A DNA stretch of 64,000 nt from an uncultured delta proteobacterium (GTDB taxonomy: Bacteria; Desulfobacterota; Binatia; DP-6), in NCBI GenBank assembly GCA_963713495.1, contig CAVQLX010000015.1, positions 72,738 through 136,737 on the forward strand, in the 5' to 3' direction. The notes under the pieces are model-generated. The model saw only the letters and a list, made by a program, of their open reading frames with translations, had not been told where the DNA came from and searched no databases. Position 1 is the stretch's first letter. Each line of letters begins with the position of its first letter. Shown piece after piece: positions 51,409-59,912 of this stretch. The translations under genes and the position numbers were made by a program.

Positions 51409-52307
51409 TCGCCGGCGCGCGCGCGGCCGCCGTCTCCGGCGGCCAGCTCGGCGTAGCTCACCAGCCGCACGCCCAACGCGTGCACGCATGCGCGCACGCG
51501 CGGGCTCACCAGGGCGGCGAGCTCGCCCGCGTGGTCGTAGCCGGGCTGGAGGCCCTCCGTTGCCGGCGGCTGGAGGACCGCGGGATGACAGTAGAGCTCG
51601 CTCACGCCGGGCGGCAGCGCGGGGATCAGCCGGAGCAGATATGCCTCGTCGACGTGCCCGGTCTGGTGCATGCCGTAGACGCGGTCGGTCGTGACGATCC
51701 CCGCCGCGCGTAGCCGCGGGGCCGCCCAGGCCGCGAGCGCACGGAACACCAGGCCCTCGCCGGTCTTGCGCAGCATGTGGCGACGATCGTGACGCAGCGC
51801 CGATCCGAGGCTCTCGCGCGTCAGGCGCATGGCGCGGATGCCGTAGCGCGGAGCAAGCTCGAGCAGGATGGCCAGCACCATCGGATGGAGGTGCATGTTC
51901 AGATGGCCGTCGACGTGTGCCAGCTCGAGCCCCGTCGCGACGAAGGCGTCGAGCTGCGCCGCGATCTCGCGCCGCAGCTGTGCACGCCCGGTGCGTCCCA
52001 GCGCGACGGCGGCGTAGTGCATGCCGGCTCGTACGGCGTCGTCGCCGAAGCGGCCACGGGCGTCGACCAGCCGCGGGATCGCGGAGGCCGGAGCCGCGGG
52101 TCGAGCCTGCGCCAGCACCAGATGCAGCCCGACGGCCAGCGTCGGGTTCGCACGCGCCACCGCCACCGCGTCCGCCGCCGCGTCCCCGGTGACCATCAGG
52201 CTCGTGCTGGTGAGGATGCCGTCGCGGTGGGCGCGCGCGATGGCGACGTTGATCGCCTCGGCGGCGCCGAAGTCGTCGCCGCTGACGACGAGCTGGCGCG
52301 CGCTCAC
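51396..52307 (-). CDS. hpnK: Hopanoid biosynthesis-associated YdjC/ChbG-like deacetylase HpnK
   Basis: GTG start. LVVSGDDFGAAEAINVAIARAHRDGILTSTSLMV and HVDGHLNMH motifs of the YdjC family. Convergent with the sulfatase-family gene, overlapping by 13 nt. Confidence 0.75.
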   Translation of the reverse strand: MSARQLVVSGDDFGAAEAINVAIARAHRDGILTSTSLMVTGDAAADAVAVARANPTLAVGLHLVLAQARPAAPASAIPRLVDARGRFGDDAVRAGMHYAAVALGRTGRAQLRREIAAQLDAFVATGLELAHVDGHLNMHLHPMVLAILLELAPRYGIRAMRLTRESLGSALRHDRRHMLRKTGEGLVFRALAAWAAPRLRAAGIVTTDRVYGMHQTGHVDEAYLLRLIPALPPGVSELYCHPAVLQPPATEGLQPGYDHAGELAALVSPRVRACVHALGVRLVSYAELAAGDGGRARAGDQRT

Positions 52308-54199
52308 GCGAGGCCGTCGATCCGCGGCAGGGGTCCGCGCTGGCGGATGTCCTGCAGCGTGACCGTGAGCTCGTCGAGTCGCTCCGCGAGCGCGTCCGGA
52401 CCGTCGAGGGGCAGGAGCAGGCCCTCGTGCTCGCGATCGCGCAGCCACGCGGCCATGATCGTGCTCGCGGCGACGTCGCCGCGCTCGAGCGGCGCATCCT
52501 GGTAGCGCGCGAAGCGTTCGCGGACCACCTGCACCGCTGCCGCGAGGTCGGCGACGGCGCGGATCTGCAGCTCGACCGCGAGCCGGCCGCCGAGCGCGGC
52601 GTAGAGCTGCGCCCCGTCGCGATCCGCCGTGGGAAGGAGCGCGACGAAGTTCTGGCGCGCGAGGATCCATTGCAGCCGTTGCTGGCGCCGGCGGAGATCG
52701 TCCAGCACGAGCAGATCCCGCTGCGCGCGCGCGGCGGCCTCGAAGCGCAGCTCCTCCGCGGCGCCGTCACGACGTGCCACCAGCCGCGTGACCGCGGCGT
52801 CGTCGCGCCCGTCGACGAAGGCGAGGAAAGCGTCCACCCGCTGGCGATACGCCGGCTCGTCGATGCGCGCGGCGCACGGCGCGGGACAGGTGCCCACCTG
52901 ACCGAGCAGGCACGGGCTCGTCTCGACCGACGGCGCCAGCCGCCCGGAGCAGGTGCGAATGCCGAACGCCCTCGCCAGCACCGCCTGCGCACGCTCGGCG
53001 CTCTCGCTGCTCGCGAAGGGTCCGAGGTAGGTGGCGCGGTCGGTCCCGAGCCGGCGCGTGACGGACAGGCGCGGATACGGATCGCGCAGCGTGATGCGGA
53101 GGAACGCGACCCGTGGAAGCTGCCGTCCCTGGCGATTGTAGGGCGGCTTGAGCTCGCGGATCTGCCGCATCTCGAGCAGCGCCGCTGCCAGCTCGGATCC
53201 CGTCTCGGTCACGCGCACGTCGTACACCTGGCGGATCAGCTCGAGCGCCCGCCGCGAGTGTCCGCGCGAGTTGCTGAACCAGTTCCCGAGCCGCGCGCGC
53301 AGGCGCCGTGCCTTGCCGACGTAGAGCAGGCGGCCGTCCTGCCCGAGCAGATGGTACACCCCGGGCGACGGGGGAATCTCGGCGAGACGCTCGCGCGACA
53401 CGTGCACGACGAACGGCTCGCCGTCGCTCGCCGCATGCTGCAGCGCCAGCAGCTCGCTCACGCGCGTGACACCGCGCTCGGCGGCCCGCTCGAGGAACAC
53501 GCACAGGATCTCCGCCGCGATGCGGGCATCGCCCAGGCCGCGGTGGCGGTCGTAGCAGGCGAGCCCGAGCGCCGCGGCGACGGCGTCGAGCGAGCGACGC
53601 CGCTGCTCCGGCAGCAACCGGCGCGCGAGACGGATGGTGCAGAGGGCAGGACGCGCGAGCGCCCGCCCGGTGATCGCGCGATGCGCCGCATCCAGATGCG
53701 TGACGTCGAAGCTGGCATTGTGAGCGACCAGCACCGCGTCGCCTGCGAACTCGAGGAACCGCGGCAGCGCCTCGGCGATCGGCGGCGCGGAGGCCACCAT
53801 CGCGTCGGTGATCCCCGTGAGCGCCGCGACGAACGGCTGGATCGGGCGGCCGGGATTCACCAGCGTGCTGAACGTGTCGAGCAGGCGCCCGTCGACCACG
53901 CGCACGGCGCCGATCTCGATGATGCCACCGCTCGCGGGGCCACCACCCGTCGTCTCGAGGTCGACGACCACGAAGGCCTGTCCCGCGATCGGCCGGCAGA
54001 GGAGATCGTGCGCACGCGCATGCCAGCGACGAGCGTCGACGTCGAAGCTGAAGCGCGAGTCGCCGCCGAGCAGCACGTCGAGGAAGCGGGTGCCGAACTC
54101 CGGATCGCGTCCCTGGCCCGTGAAGACCAGCGAGAGCAGGTCCGCTGGCTCCGCTCCGTCGGGCCGATCGAGCAAGTATTCGAGGAGACGCTGCCGCAC
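52304..54199 (-). CDS. DnaQ-like 3-prime-5-prime exonuclease fused to a GIY-YIG (UvrC/Cho-like) nuclease domain
   Basis: FVVVDLETTG...HNASFD (DEDDh exonuclease) followed by GVYHLLGQDGRLLYVGKARRLRARL (GIY-YIG) and a UvrC-like middle region. 631 aa. Confidence 0.8.
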   Translation of the reverse strand: MRQRLLEYLLDRPDGAEPADLLSLVFTGQGRDPEFGTRFLDVLLGGDSRFSFDVDARRWHARAHDLLCRPIAGQAFVVVDLETTGGGPASGGIIEIGAVRVVDGRLLDTFSTLVNPGRPIQPFVAALTGITDAMVASAPPIAEALPRFLEFAGDAVLVAHNASFDVTHLDAAHRAITGRALARPALCTIRLARRLLPEQRRRSLDAVAAALGLACYDRHRGLGDARIAAEILCVFLERAAERGVTRVSELLALQHAASDGEPFVVHVSRERLAEIPPSPGVYHLLGQDGRLLYVGKARRLRARLGNWFSNSRGHSRRALELIRQVYDVRVTETGSELAAALLEMRQIRELKPPYNRQGRQLPRVAFLRITLRDPYPRLSVTRRLGTDRATYLGPFASSESAERAQAVLARAFGIRTCSGRLAPSVETSPCLLGQVGTCPAPCAARIDEPAYRQRVDAFLAFVDGRDDAAVTRLVARRDGAAEELRFEAAARAQRDLLVLDDLRRRQQRLQWILARQNFVALLPTADRDGAQLYAALGGRLAVELQIRAVADLAAAVQVVRERFARYQDAPLERGDVAASTIMAAWLRDREHEGLLLPLDGPDALAERLDELTVTLQDIRQRGPLPRIDGLA

Positions 54200-54223
54200 C
54201 GCCGCCGGCGTCCGCCGCCGTCG

Positions 54224-55042
54224 TCAGAAGGACCAGAACGGCCGCCGCTTGATGGGGGCGCCGGGCGCGCGCGTGCGCGCGGCGATGCTGCGGATGTCCT
54301 GCTCGAACCGGGCCAGCTCCTGGCGCTGCCGCTCCTCGAACTGCTCGAGCTCGCGCTGCCGCTTGGTGTGGAAGCGCTCGAAGGTGTCCGTCCACGCGGC
54401 GTGGAAGCGCTCGAGCGCGTCGGCGACGGCGCGCACCATGCTGAGCGTGGGAACGAAGGAGCCGAGGCAGTGCGGGCACCGGAACACGGTGCCGGCCCGG
54501 TAGGTCCCGAACGGCACCTCGTACTCGCCCTGGCACCGGAAGCAGTGGATCGGGACCTCCCACTCCTCCGGCGGAGGAATCGCGAGGCCGATCTGCGCGT
54601 CGTCGACGGGCGCGGCAGCCACGGGCGGCGGGGGGGCGGGAGCGGCCGCGGCCTTCGGCGTGGGCGCCGCCGATGCGGGAGCGGCAGGCGCCGCATCGGC
54701 GGCGCCGTCCTTCTTGAACCGCGATGGCGCATCGTCGGGGATCGGCTCCCCGGGATGCAGGACGCGGGCGCGCGCCAGCAGCACATCGTGCGTCTCGGGG
54801 ATGTCGGGGTTCGGCACGCAGCAGTCGACGGGGCAGACCGCGGCGCACGCCTCGTGGTCGTGGAAGCCGACACACTCGGTGCACTTCTCGGGGACGATGT
54901 AGAAGATCTCGCTCGACAGCGCGGGATGCGTGCCGCCACCCTGGGCCTGCCACTCGACGGCGCCCTGGTAGATCGCCGTGTTCGGGCACTCGGGCTCGCA
55001 GGCGCCGCAGTTGATGCACTCGCTGGTGATCATGGTGGCCAT
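54224..55042 (-). CDS. 2x[4Fe-4S] ferredoxin-domain protein with an Ala/Pro-rich linker, Cys4 zinc-ribbon and coiled-coil C-terminal extension
   Basis: MATMITSECINCGACEPECP...CTECVGFHDHEACAAVCPVDCC. Then an AP-rich segment. Then CFRCQGEY...CPHC and an ERQRQELARFEQ coiled coil. Confidence 0.7.
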   Translation of the reverse strand: MATMITSECINCGACEPECPNTAIYQGAVEWQAQGGGTHPALSSEIFYIVPEKCTECVGFHDHEACAAVCPVDCCVPNPDIPETHDVLLARARVLHPGEPIPDDAPSRFKKDGAADAAPAAPASAAPTPKAAAAPAPPPPVAAAPVDDAQIGLAIPPPEEWEVPIHCFRCQGEYEVPFGTYRAGTVFRCPHCLGSFVPTLSMVRAVADALERFHAAWTDTFERFHTKRQRELEQFEERQRQELARFEQDIRSIAARTRAPGAPIKRRPFWSF

Positions 55043-55266
55043 GACGGATGACGCATAGCGCTGCCCCGTCCGGCATTCAAACGGTTTCGCGGGCCTCGGC
55101 TGACGGCTTCGCTCCCCACGCTGGACGGGGCTGCGGACTTGCGCTAGGCACCCCTCGGTATGAGTAGCGACGGCCAAAGCCGTCCTCACGTCGGGTAGAT
55201 CGCCCCTGGTCGCGGACGCGGCTCCGTTCGGCCCGGACCCGGGGCAGGAGGAGGGTTCACCGCGTC

Positions 55267-56604
55267 ATGTCGGCTCCGGCCGAGGAGCGAGCAGGAGAGC
55301 CGGGTCTCAGCGGCTCCGAGCTGCGCGAAGCGTGGCCGGTCCTCTCCACCGAGGAGCGGCTCGAGGGCCTGGCCCTCCTGACGCACGCCGAGACCGAGGC
55401 GCTCTTCCTCGGCATGCACGCGCACGACCAGGCCGACCTGCTCCTCGCGGCGCCGATCGCCACCCGGCGCTCGCTGATGCGCTTCCTGCCGCCGGACGAC
55501 GCCGCCGACGTGGTGCAGGAAGCGTCGGCCGAGGATCGCCAGGGCTTGCTCGAGCTGCTCGACGAGCCGACGCGCAAGGAGGTGGTCGCGCTGCTCGCCT
55601 ACGCCGAGGACGACGCGGGCGGCCTCATGAGCCCGCGCTACGCGCGCCTGCGGCCGGACATGAGCGTCGACGAGGCGATCAGCTATCTCCGCCGCCAGAC
55701 GCGGCAGCACGTCGAGAGCGTCTACTACCTCTACGTCCTCGACGCCGAGCAGCATCTCCTCGGCGTGGTGTCGTTCCGCGATCTCTTCTCCGCGCAGCCG
55801 GACAAGCGCGTGCGCGACGTCATGCACACCGACGTGGTGACGGTTCCGGAGGACATGGACCAAGAGACCGTCAGCAAGCTGTTCGCGGAGCACAACTTCC
55901 TGGCAATGCCCGTCGTCGACGCCGAGCGGCGCGTGAAGGGTATCGTCACCGTCGACGACATCGTCGACGTCGTGCAGGAGGAAGCGACCGAGGACATCCA
56001 GAAGCTGGGCGGCATGGAAGCCCTCGACGCCCCGTATCTCAGCATCGGGTTCGGCGCGATGCTCCGCAAGCGTGGCGGATGGCTCTCGGTGCTCTTCATC
56101 AGCGAGATGCTCACCGCCAGCGCGATGGCCGTCTTCGAGAAGGAGATCGCGCGTGCGGTCGTGCTGGCGCTCTTCGTCCCGCTGATCATCAGCAGCGGCG
56201 GCAACTCCGGCTCGCAGGCCTCCACGCTCGTCGTGCGCGCCCTGGCGCTCGGCGAGCTCACGCTGCGCGACTGGTGGCGCGTCATCCGCCGCGAGTTCAT
56301 GGCGGGCCTGTCGCTCGGATTGATCCTGGCGACGCTCGGCTTCTGTCGCATCCTCAGCTGGCAGTTCCTCTTCAATCTCTACGGGGAGCACTACTTCCTG
56401 ATCGCCTGCACCGTCGCCTTCAGCCTGATCGGCGTGGTCATGTTCGGAACCATGGCCGGCTCGATGCTGCCGCTGATCCTGCGCCGTCTGGGATTCGATC
56501 CCGCCAGCGCCTCCGCGCCGTTCGTCGCCACGCTGGTCGACGTCACCGGGATCGTCATCTACTTCACGGTCGCGAGCGTCATCCTGCGCGGCACCTTGCT
56601 CTGA
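55267..56604 (+). CDS. mgtE: Magnesium transporter MgtE
   Basis: N-domain, tandem CBS domains and a 5-TM C-terminal domain with ...PLIISSGGNSGSQAST.... Confidence 0.9.
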   Translation: MSAPAEERAGEPGLSGSELREAWPVLSTEERLEGLALLTHAETEALFLGMHAHDQADLLLAAPIATRRSLMRFLPPDDAADVVQEASAEDRQGLLELLDEPTRKEVVALLAYAEDDAGGLMSPRYARLRPDMSVDEAISYLRRQTRQHVESVYYLYVLDAEQHLLGVVSFRDLFSAQPDKRVRDVMHTDVVTVPEDMDQETVSKLFAEHNFLAMPVVDAERRVKGIVTVDDIVDVVQEEATEDIQKLGGMEALDAPYLSIGFGAMLRKRGGWLSVLFISEMLTASAMAVFEKEIARAVVLALFVPLIISSGGNSGSQASTLVVRALALGELTLRDWWRVIRREFMAGLSLGLILATLGFCRILSWQFLFNLYGEHYFLIACTVAFSLIGVVMFGTMAGSMLPLILRRLGFDPASASAPFVATLVDVTGIVIYFTVASVILRGTLL

Positions 56605-56670
56605 CGCGCACGCGGCGACACCGCGACCCGTGGATGTCAATTACCGATGTACGACGCTACGATGCGCGTG

Positions 56671-57348
56671 ATGTCCGACGCGATCCGGTTCGACTTCGAC
56701 TTCGTGTCGCCGAACGCGTACCTGGCGTGGACCCGGCTCCCGGCGCTCGCGGAGCGACACGGGCGCGCCCTCGAGCCCGTACCCGTGCTGTTCGCTGCGC
56801 TGCTCGAGGCGCATGGACAGCTCGGGCCAGCCGAGGTTCCCCCCAAGATCCGCTGGATGACCAGGAACAACCTGCGCAAGGCCGCCGTCCTGGGCGTCGA
56901 GCTGAATCCGCCGGCGTTCCATCCGTTCAATCCGATCCTCGCGCTGCGCGTGTCCTCGCTCGTGCTCGATCCGTCACGACGCCGGACGCTGATCGACGCG
57001 CTGTTCCGCGCGGTGTGGGTTCGCGGCCTGCACGTCAGCGAGCCCGGCGTGGTCGAGGCGATCGGCGACGAGATCGGTCTCCCCGGCTCCAGCCTCGTCG
57101 CGCAGGCGCAGGAGCCCGCGTGCAAGGCCACGCTGCGCGAGCAGACCGACGCCGCGATCGCGCGCGGCGTCTTCGGCGTGCCCACGATGGAGGTGGGCGA
57201 CGAGCTCTTCTGGGGGTACGACGATCTCCCCCATCTCGAGCGATTCCTGGCAGGGAACGATCCCCTCGATGCGACGAGCTGGCAGCGCTGGGCAGCCGGA
57301 AGTCTCGCATCGGCGGTCCGCCCCCGCGCCCGGCCCGCGCGCGAGTGA
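56671..57348 (+). CDS. 2-hydroxychromene-2-carboxylate isomerase family protein (DsbA-like thioredoxin fold)
   Basis: IRFDFDFVSPNAYLAW N-terminus and ...GVFGVPTMEVGDELFWGYDDL C-terminal motif. Alternative ATG starts at 56647 and 56662. Confidence 0.7.
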   Translation: MSDAIRFDFDFVSPNAYLAWTRLPALAERHGRALEPVPVLFAALLEAHGQLGPAEVPPKIRWMTRNNLRKAAVLGVELNPPAFHPFNPILALRVSSLVLDPSRRRTLIDALFRAVWVRGLHVSEPGVVEAIGDEIGLPGSSLVAQAQEPACKATLREQTDAAIARGVFGVPTMEVGDELFWGYDDLPHLERFLAGNDPLDATSWQRWAAGSLASAVRPRARPARE

Positions 57349-57352
57349 CGGC

Positions 57353-59479
57353 CTACGGCTTCGGGACGTCCGCGCCGTCGCGCACGAACACCGGGATCGT
57401 GTCCAGCGGCACGTCGACCGTCACCGTGCGCCGTCCCTTGAACACCTTCGACGCGTCCCAGTAGCTGCGCCACGTTCCGCGCGGGAAGTACACCGTGCGG
57501 CTCCGCTGCCCCACCTTCCACACGGGCGCCACGAGCAGATCGGGTCCGAAGAGATACTGGTCCCACAGATCCTCGAGCTTGCGGTCCTTGCGGTCGGCGA
57601 ACGGCATCGGACGCACGATCGGCATGCCTGCCGATGCCTCGGAGGCCGCCGCGACGATGTAGGACTGGAGCGTGACGCGCAGCGTGGTGTAGCGGCGGTA
57701 GATGTCGATCATCTCCGTGTCGTACGCGGGCGTCGTGTCCATCATCCACGGCGCGTGCGTGCCGTGACCGCCGATCTCCATGAATCCGGAGAACGCGCTG
57801 AACTCGATCCAGCGGGCGAAGACCTCGCGGTCCTTGAACTCGTAGTAGCCGCCGGTGTCGGAGCCCCAGATGGGGATGCCCATGAACGCCGCGCGCTGCT
57901 GGCTGATGATCGCGCTGCGCAACCCGAGGTCGGTGCCGGGGCCGCCGCCGAAGTTCGTGCTGCCGGGGATGTCGCCGCCCCAGAACGTGGACCACTGCTG
58001 CGTGCCGCTGTAGGCCGGGCGCGAGACGAGCAGGAAGTCGTCGCCGAAGACGCTCGCGAGCGCGTCGTGGTGGATCTTCGACTGCAGCGTCGGGTAGTCG
58101 TTGCGCACCTCCCGCCCCGTCCGGCCGTCGGCCCAGAGGTCGGTGGCCTCGGACGGGATGTGCTCCTCGCCGCGGTCGAGCTTGATGGCCTGGATCCCGT
58201 TCGCGCGAACGAAGGCCGCGACCTTGTCTCGCCACCACGCCTGGGCCGCCGGATTCGTGACGTCGACGATGAAGCTCGTCCCGCCGGCGTCCGCACAATG
58301 GGGCGGGCCGCCGGGCCCCGGCGCGAGGTAGCCCGACGCCTGCGCCTCGACCCCGTTGTCGCCCGGCGTGTTGCCGCACGCCCACATGCTGCTCCAGATC
58401 ATCAGGTGATAGCCGCGCCGCTTGAGCGATTGCAGCATCGCGTCGGGGTTCGGCAACCGGACCTCGTCCCAGGCCCACTCTCCGAAGCCGTACTCGCCGG
58501 TGAGCACCGGGCGATCGAACAGGTACACTCCGGGCGGGATGCCGAGCGCGTCGTACATGAGCACGTCGTCCGCCAGCTCGGCGTTGACGGGCGCGCCGTC
58601 GAGCATCCCGGGCGCGCCGATGTGGAGCTCGTCACGCCAGCGCCAGTGCAGGAACGCCCACGACGGCGGGACGATCGGACGGCCGACGACGCCGGTGTAC
58701 TCGTCGAGGATCGTCCGGTAGTCGGGGCCGGCGAAGAGCTCGAACACCAGGCGCTTCGCCTCCGGGGCGGTGCCGGTCTCGAAGCGGAACCGCACCGTCG
58801 CCGGATCGGTCTTCGCGAGATCGAAGACGCCGAACGTCGTCCCGGCGACCGCGAGCCCGTACCCGAGCGACGACTGGTAGAACGGCGCGTACACCGAGAA
58901 GGTGGGGAGGATGTGCATCTCCACGGTCTCGCCGCGACGATCGAGCGAGCCGACCTCGGGCGGGTCGATGTCGTCGCGCGGAACGTCGAGGACGCCGGCG
59001 GCCAGCACCGGCGCGTCGCGCAGCCGTTCGGTCAACCCGTAGAGCCGCTCCTTCGCGGGCGAGCGAAGGCGTTCGCCCGCGGCCGAGACGGTCGCAGCAT
59101 CGGGCGGATCGAGCGAGACCTCGAGCGTGCGGCGCGTGAGGAAGCGGAGCGTGACCGTCGCGAGCGAGCCTTCGTCGGTCTCGACGTCGAGCTGAGCGCC
59201 GTCGGCGGTCGGGCGCGCGTCGCGCACGTCACCCAGCGCATGCACCACGCCGGCGCGCTCGTAGAACAGCCCGCCGCCGGTCTGCTCGCGCACCAGCATC
59301 TTCCGGCCGGCGAGCAGGCTCAGGCGGAACGGCGAGCGCCGCACCTCGGCCACCGCCGCCCCCGTCGCCACCCGCACCAGCCCCGAGGTGATCCGCGTCT
59401 TCACGTTCGCGGGCTGCACCGCCCGCGCCGTGACGACTCCCGCGAGCAGGACGATCGACGCCGTGACGAGCCGCAACAT
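57353..59479 (-). CDS. Glycoside hydrolase family 31 (alpha-glucosidase/alpha-xylosidase-like), secreted
   Basis: Signal peptide MLRLVTASIVLLAGVVTARA. GH31 catalytic regions ...IQAIKLDRGEE... and ...FWGGDIPGS.... Confidence 0.85.
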   Translation of the reverse strand: MLRLVTASIVLLAGVVTARAVQPANVKTRITSGLVRVATGAAVAEVRRSPFRLSLLAGRKMLVREQTGGGLFYERAGVVHALGDVRDARPTADGAQLDVETDEGSLATVTLRFLTRRTLEVSLDPPDAATVSAAGERLRSPAKERLYGLTERLRDAPVLAAGVLDVPRDDIDPPEVGSLDRRGETVEMHILPTFSVYAPFYQSSLGYGLAVAGTTFGVFDLAKTDPATVRFRFETGTAPEAKRLVFELFAGPDYRTILDEYTGVVGRPIVPPSWAFLHWRWRDELHIGAPGMLDGAPVNAELADDVLMYDALGIPPGVYLFDRPVLTGEYGFGEWAWDEVRLPNPDAMLQSLKRRGYHLMIWSSMWACGNTPGDNGVEAQASGYLAPGPGGPPHCADAGGTSFIVDVTNPAAQAWWRDKVAAFVRANGIQAIKLDRGEEHIPSEATDLWADGRTGREVRNDYPTLQSKIHHDALASVFGDDFLLVSRPAYSGTQQWSTFWGGDIPGSTNFGGGPGTDLGLRSAIISQQRAAFMGIPIWGSDTGGYYEFKDREVFARWIEFSAFSGFMEIGGHGTHAPWMMDTTPAYDTEMIDIYRRYTTLRVTLQSYIVAAASEASAGMPIVRPMPFADRKDRKLEDLWDQYLFGPDLLVAPVWKVGQRSRTVYFPRGTWRSYWDASKVFKGRRTVTVDVPLDTIPVFVRDGADVPKP

Positions 59480-59535
59480 GCTAGACGAAGCGCAGCACCG
59501 CATCGGCGTACTCGAACCGCATGTCGGTGACCGTA

Positions 59536-59549
59536 GGGGCACGTGCCCC
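59536..59549. promoter_or_regulatory. Perfect 14-bp palindrome GGGGCACGTGCCCC in the divergent promoter region; candidate operator
   Basis: Read directly. Lies 57 bp upstream of the GH31 start on one side and 36 bp upstream of a TTGCGT -35-like box on the other. Confidence 0.4.
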
Positions 59550-59584
59550 GAACTGTCAACCTGAACCGTCTCCGCACCTGCTCC

Positions 59585-59612
59585 TTGCGTCCCGAGGAAG
59601 GCGTGGTTTAAT
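59585..59612 (+). promoter_or_regulatory. Sigma70-like promoter (TTGCGT, 16 nt spacer, TTTAAT) for the downstream small gene
   Basis: -35 at 59585-59590, -10 at 59607-59612. AT-rich -10 in a GC-rich background. Confidence 0.35.
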
Positions 59613-59647
59613 CCTCACCCGTGGACCGCATGCGCGGGGATCGCTCG

Positions 59648-59908
59648 ATGACCGAACGCATCCTCAACGTCCTGCGTCCGTATGCCTCCAACTGGACGGG
59701 AACGCTCGGTCGCGGCGACCTGGTCATCCCCCAGCGCGAGATCCCTCGCGTCATCCACGAGATCCTCGACGCGTTGCGCGACGAGACCGCCGACAAGGAA
59801 GCCGGCGAGCACGAGCTCTTCGACGTGCTCATGTCGGCGCGACGCAGCCCGTCGGTGCAGGACCAGGTGAATCTGCTGCGCCGCCGCTTCCGCATCCTGC
59901 AGCGCTAG
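59648..59908 (+). CDS. Hypothetical small protein (86 aa)
   Basis: ATG at 59648 with GGGGA 8 nt upstream, downstream of the predicted promoter. GTG 59621 and ATG 59630 are alternatives but nearly leaderless. Confidence 0.4.
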   Translation: MTERILNVLRPYASNWTGTLGRGDLVIPQREIPRVIHEILDALRDETADKEAGEHELFDVLMSARRSPSVQDQVNLLRRRFRILQR

Positions 59909-59912
59909 CCGG

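Noticed and set aside
49420-51713. 633-aa minus-strand and 690-aa plus-strand ORFs overlapping the sulfatase-family gene
   Set aside because: Off-frame or antisense to a gene with a clear alkaline-phosphatase-superfamily core. R-rich translations.
52427-55076. 874-aa plus-strand and 769-aa minus-strand ORFs over the nuclease/ferredoxin region
   Set aside because: Antisense or off-frame to the DnaQ-GIY-YIG and ferredoxin genes. No motifs.
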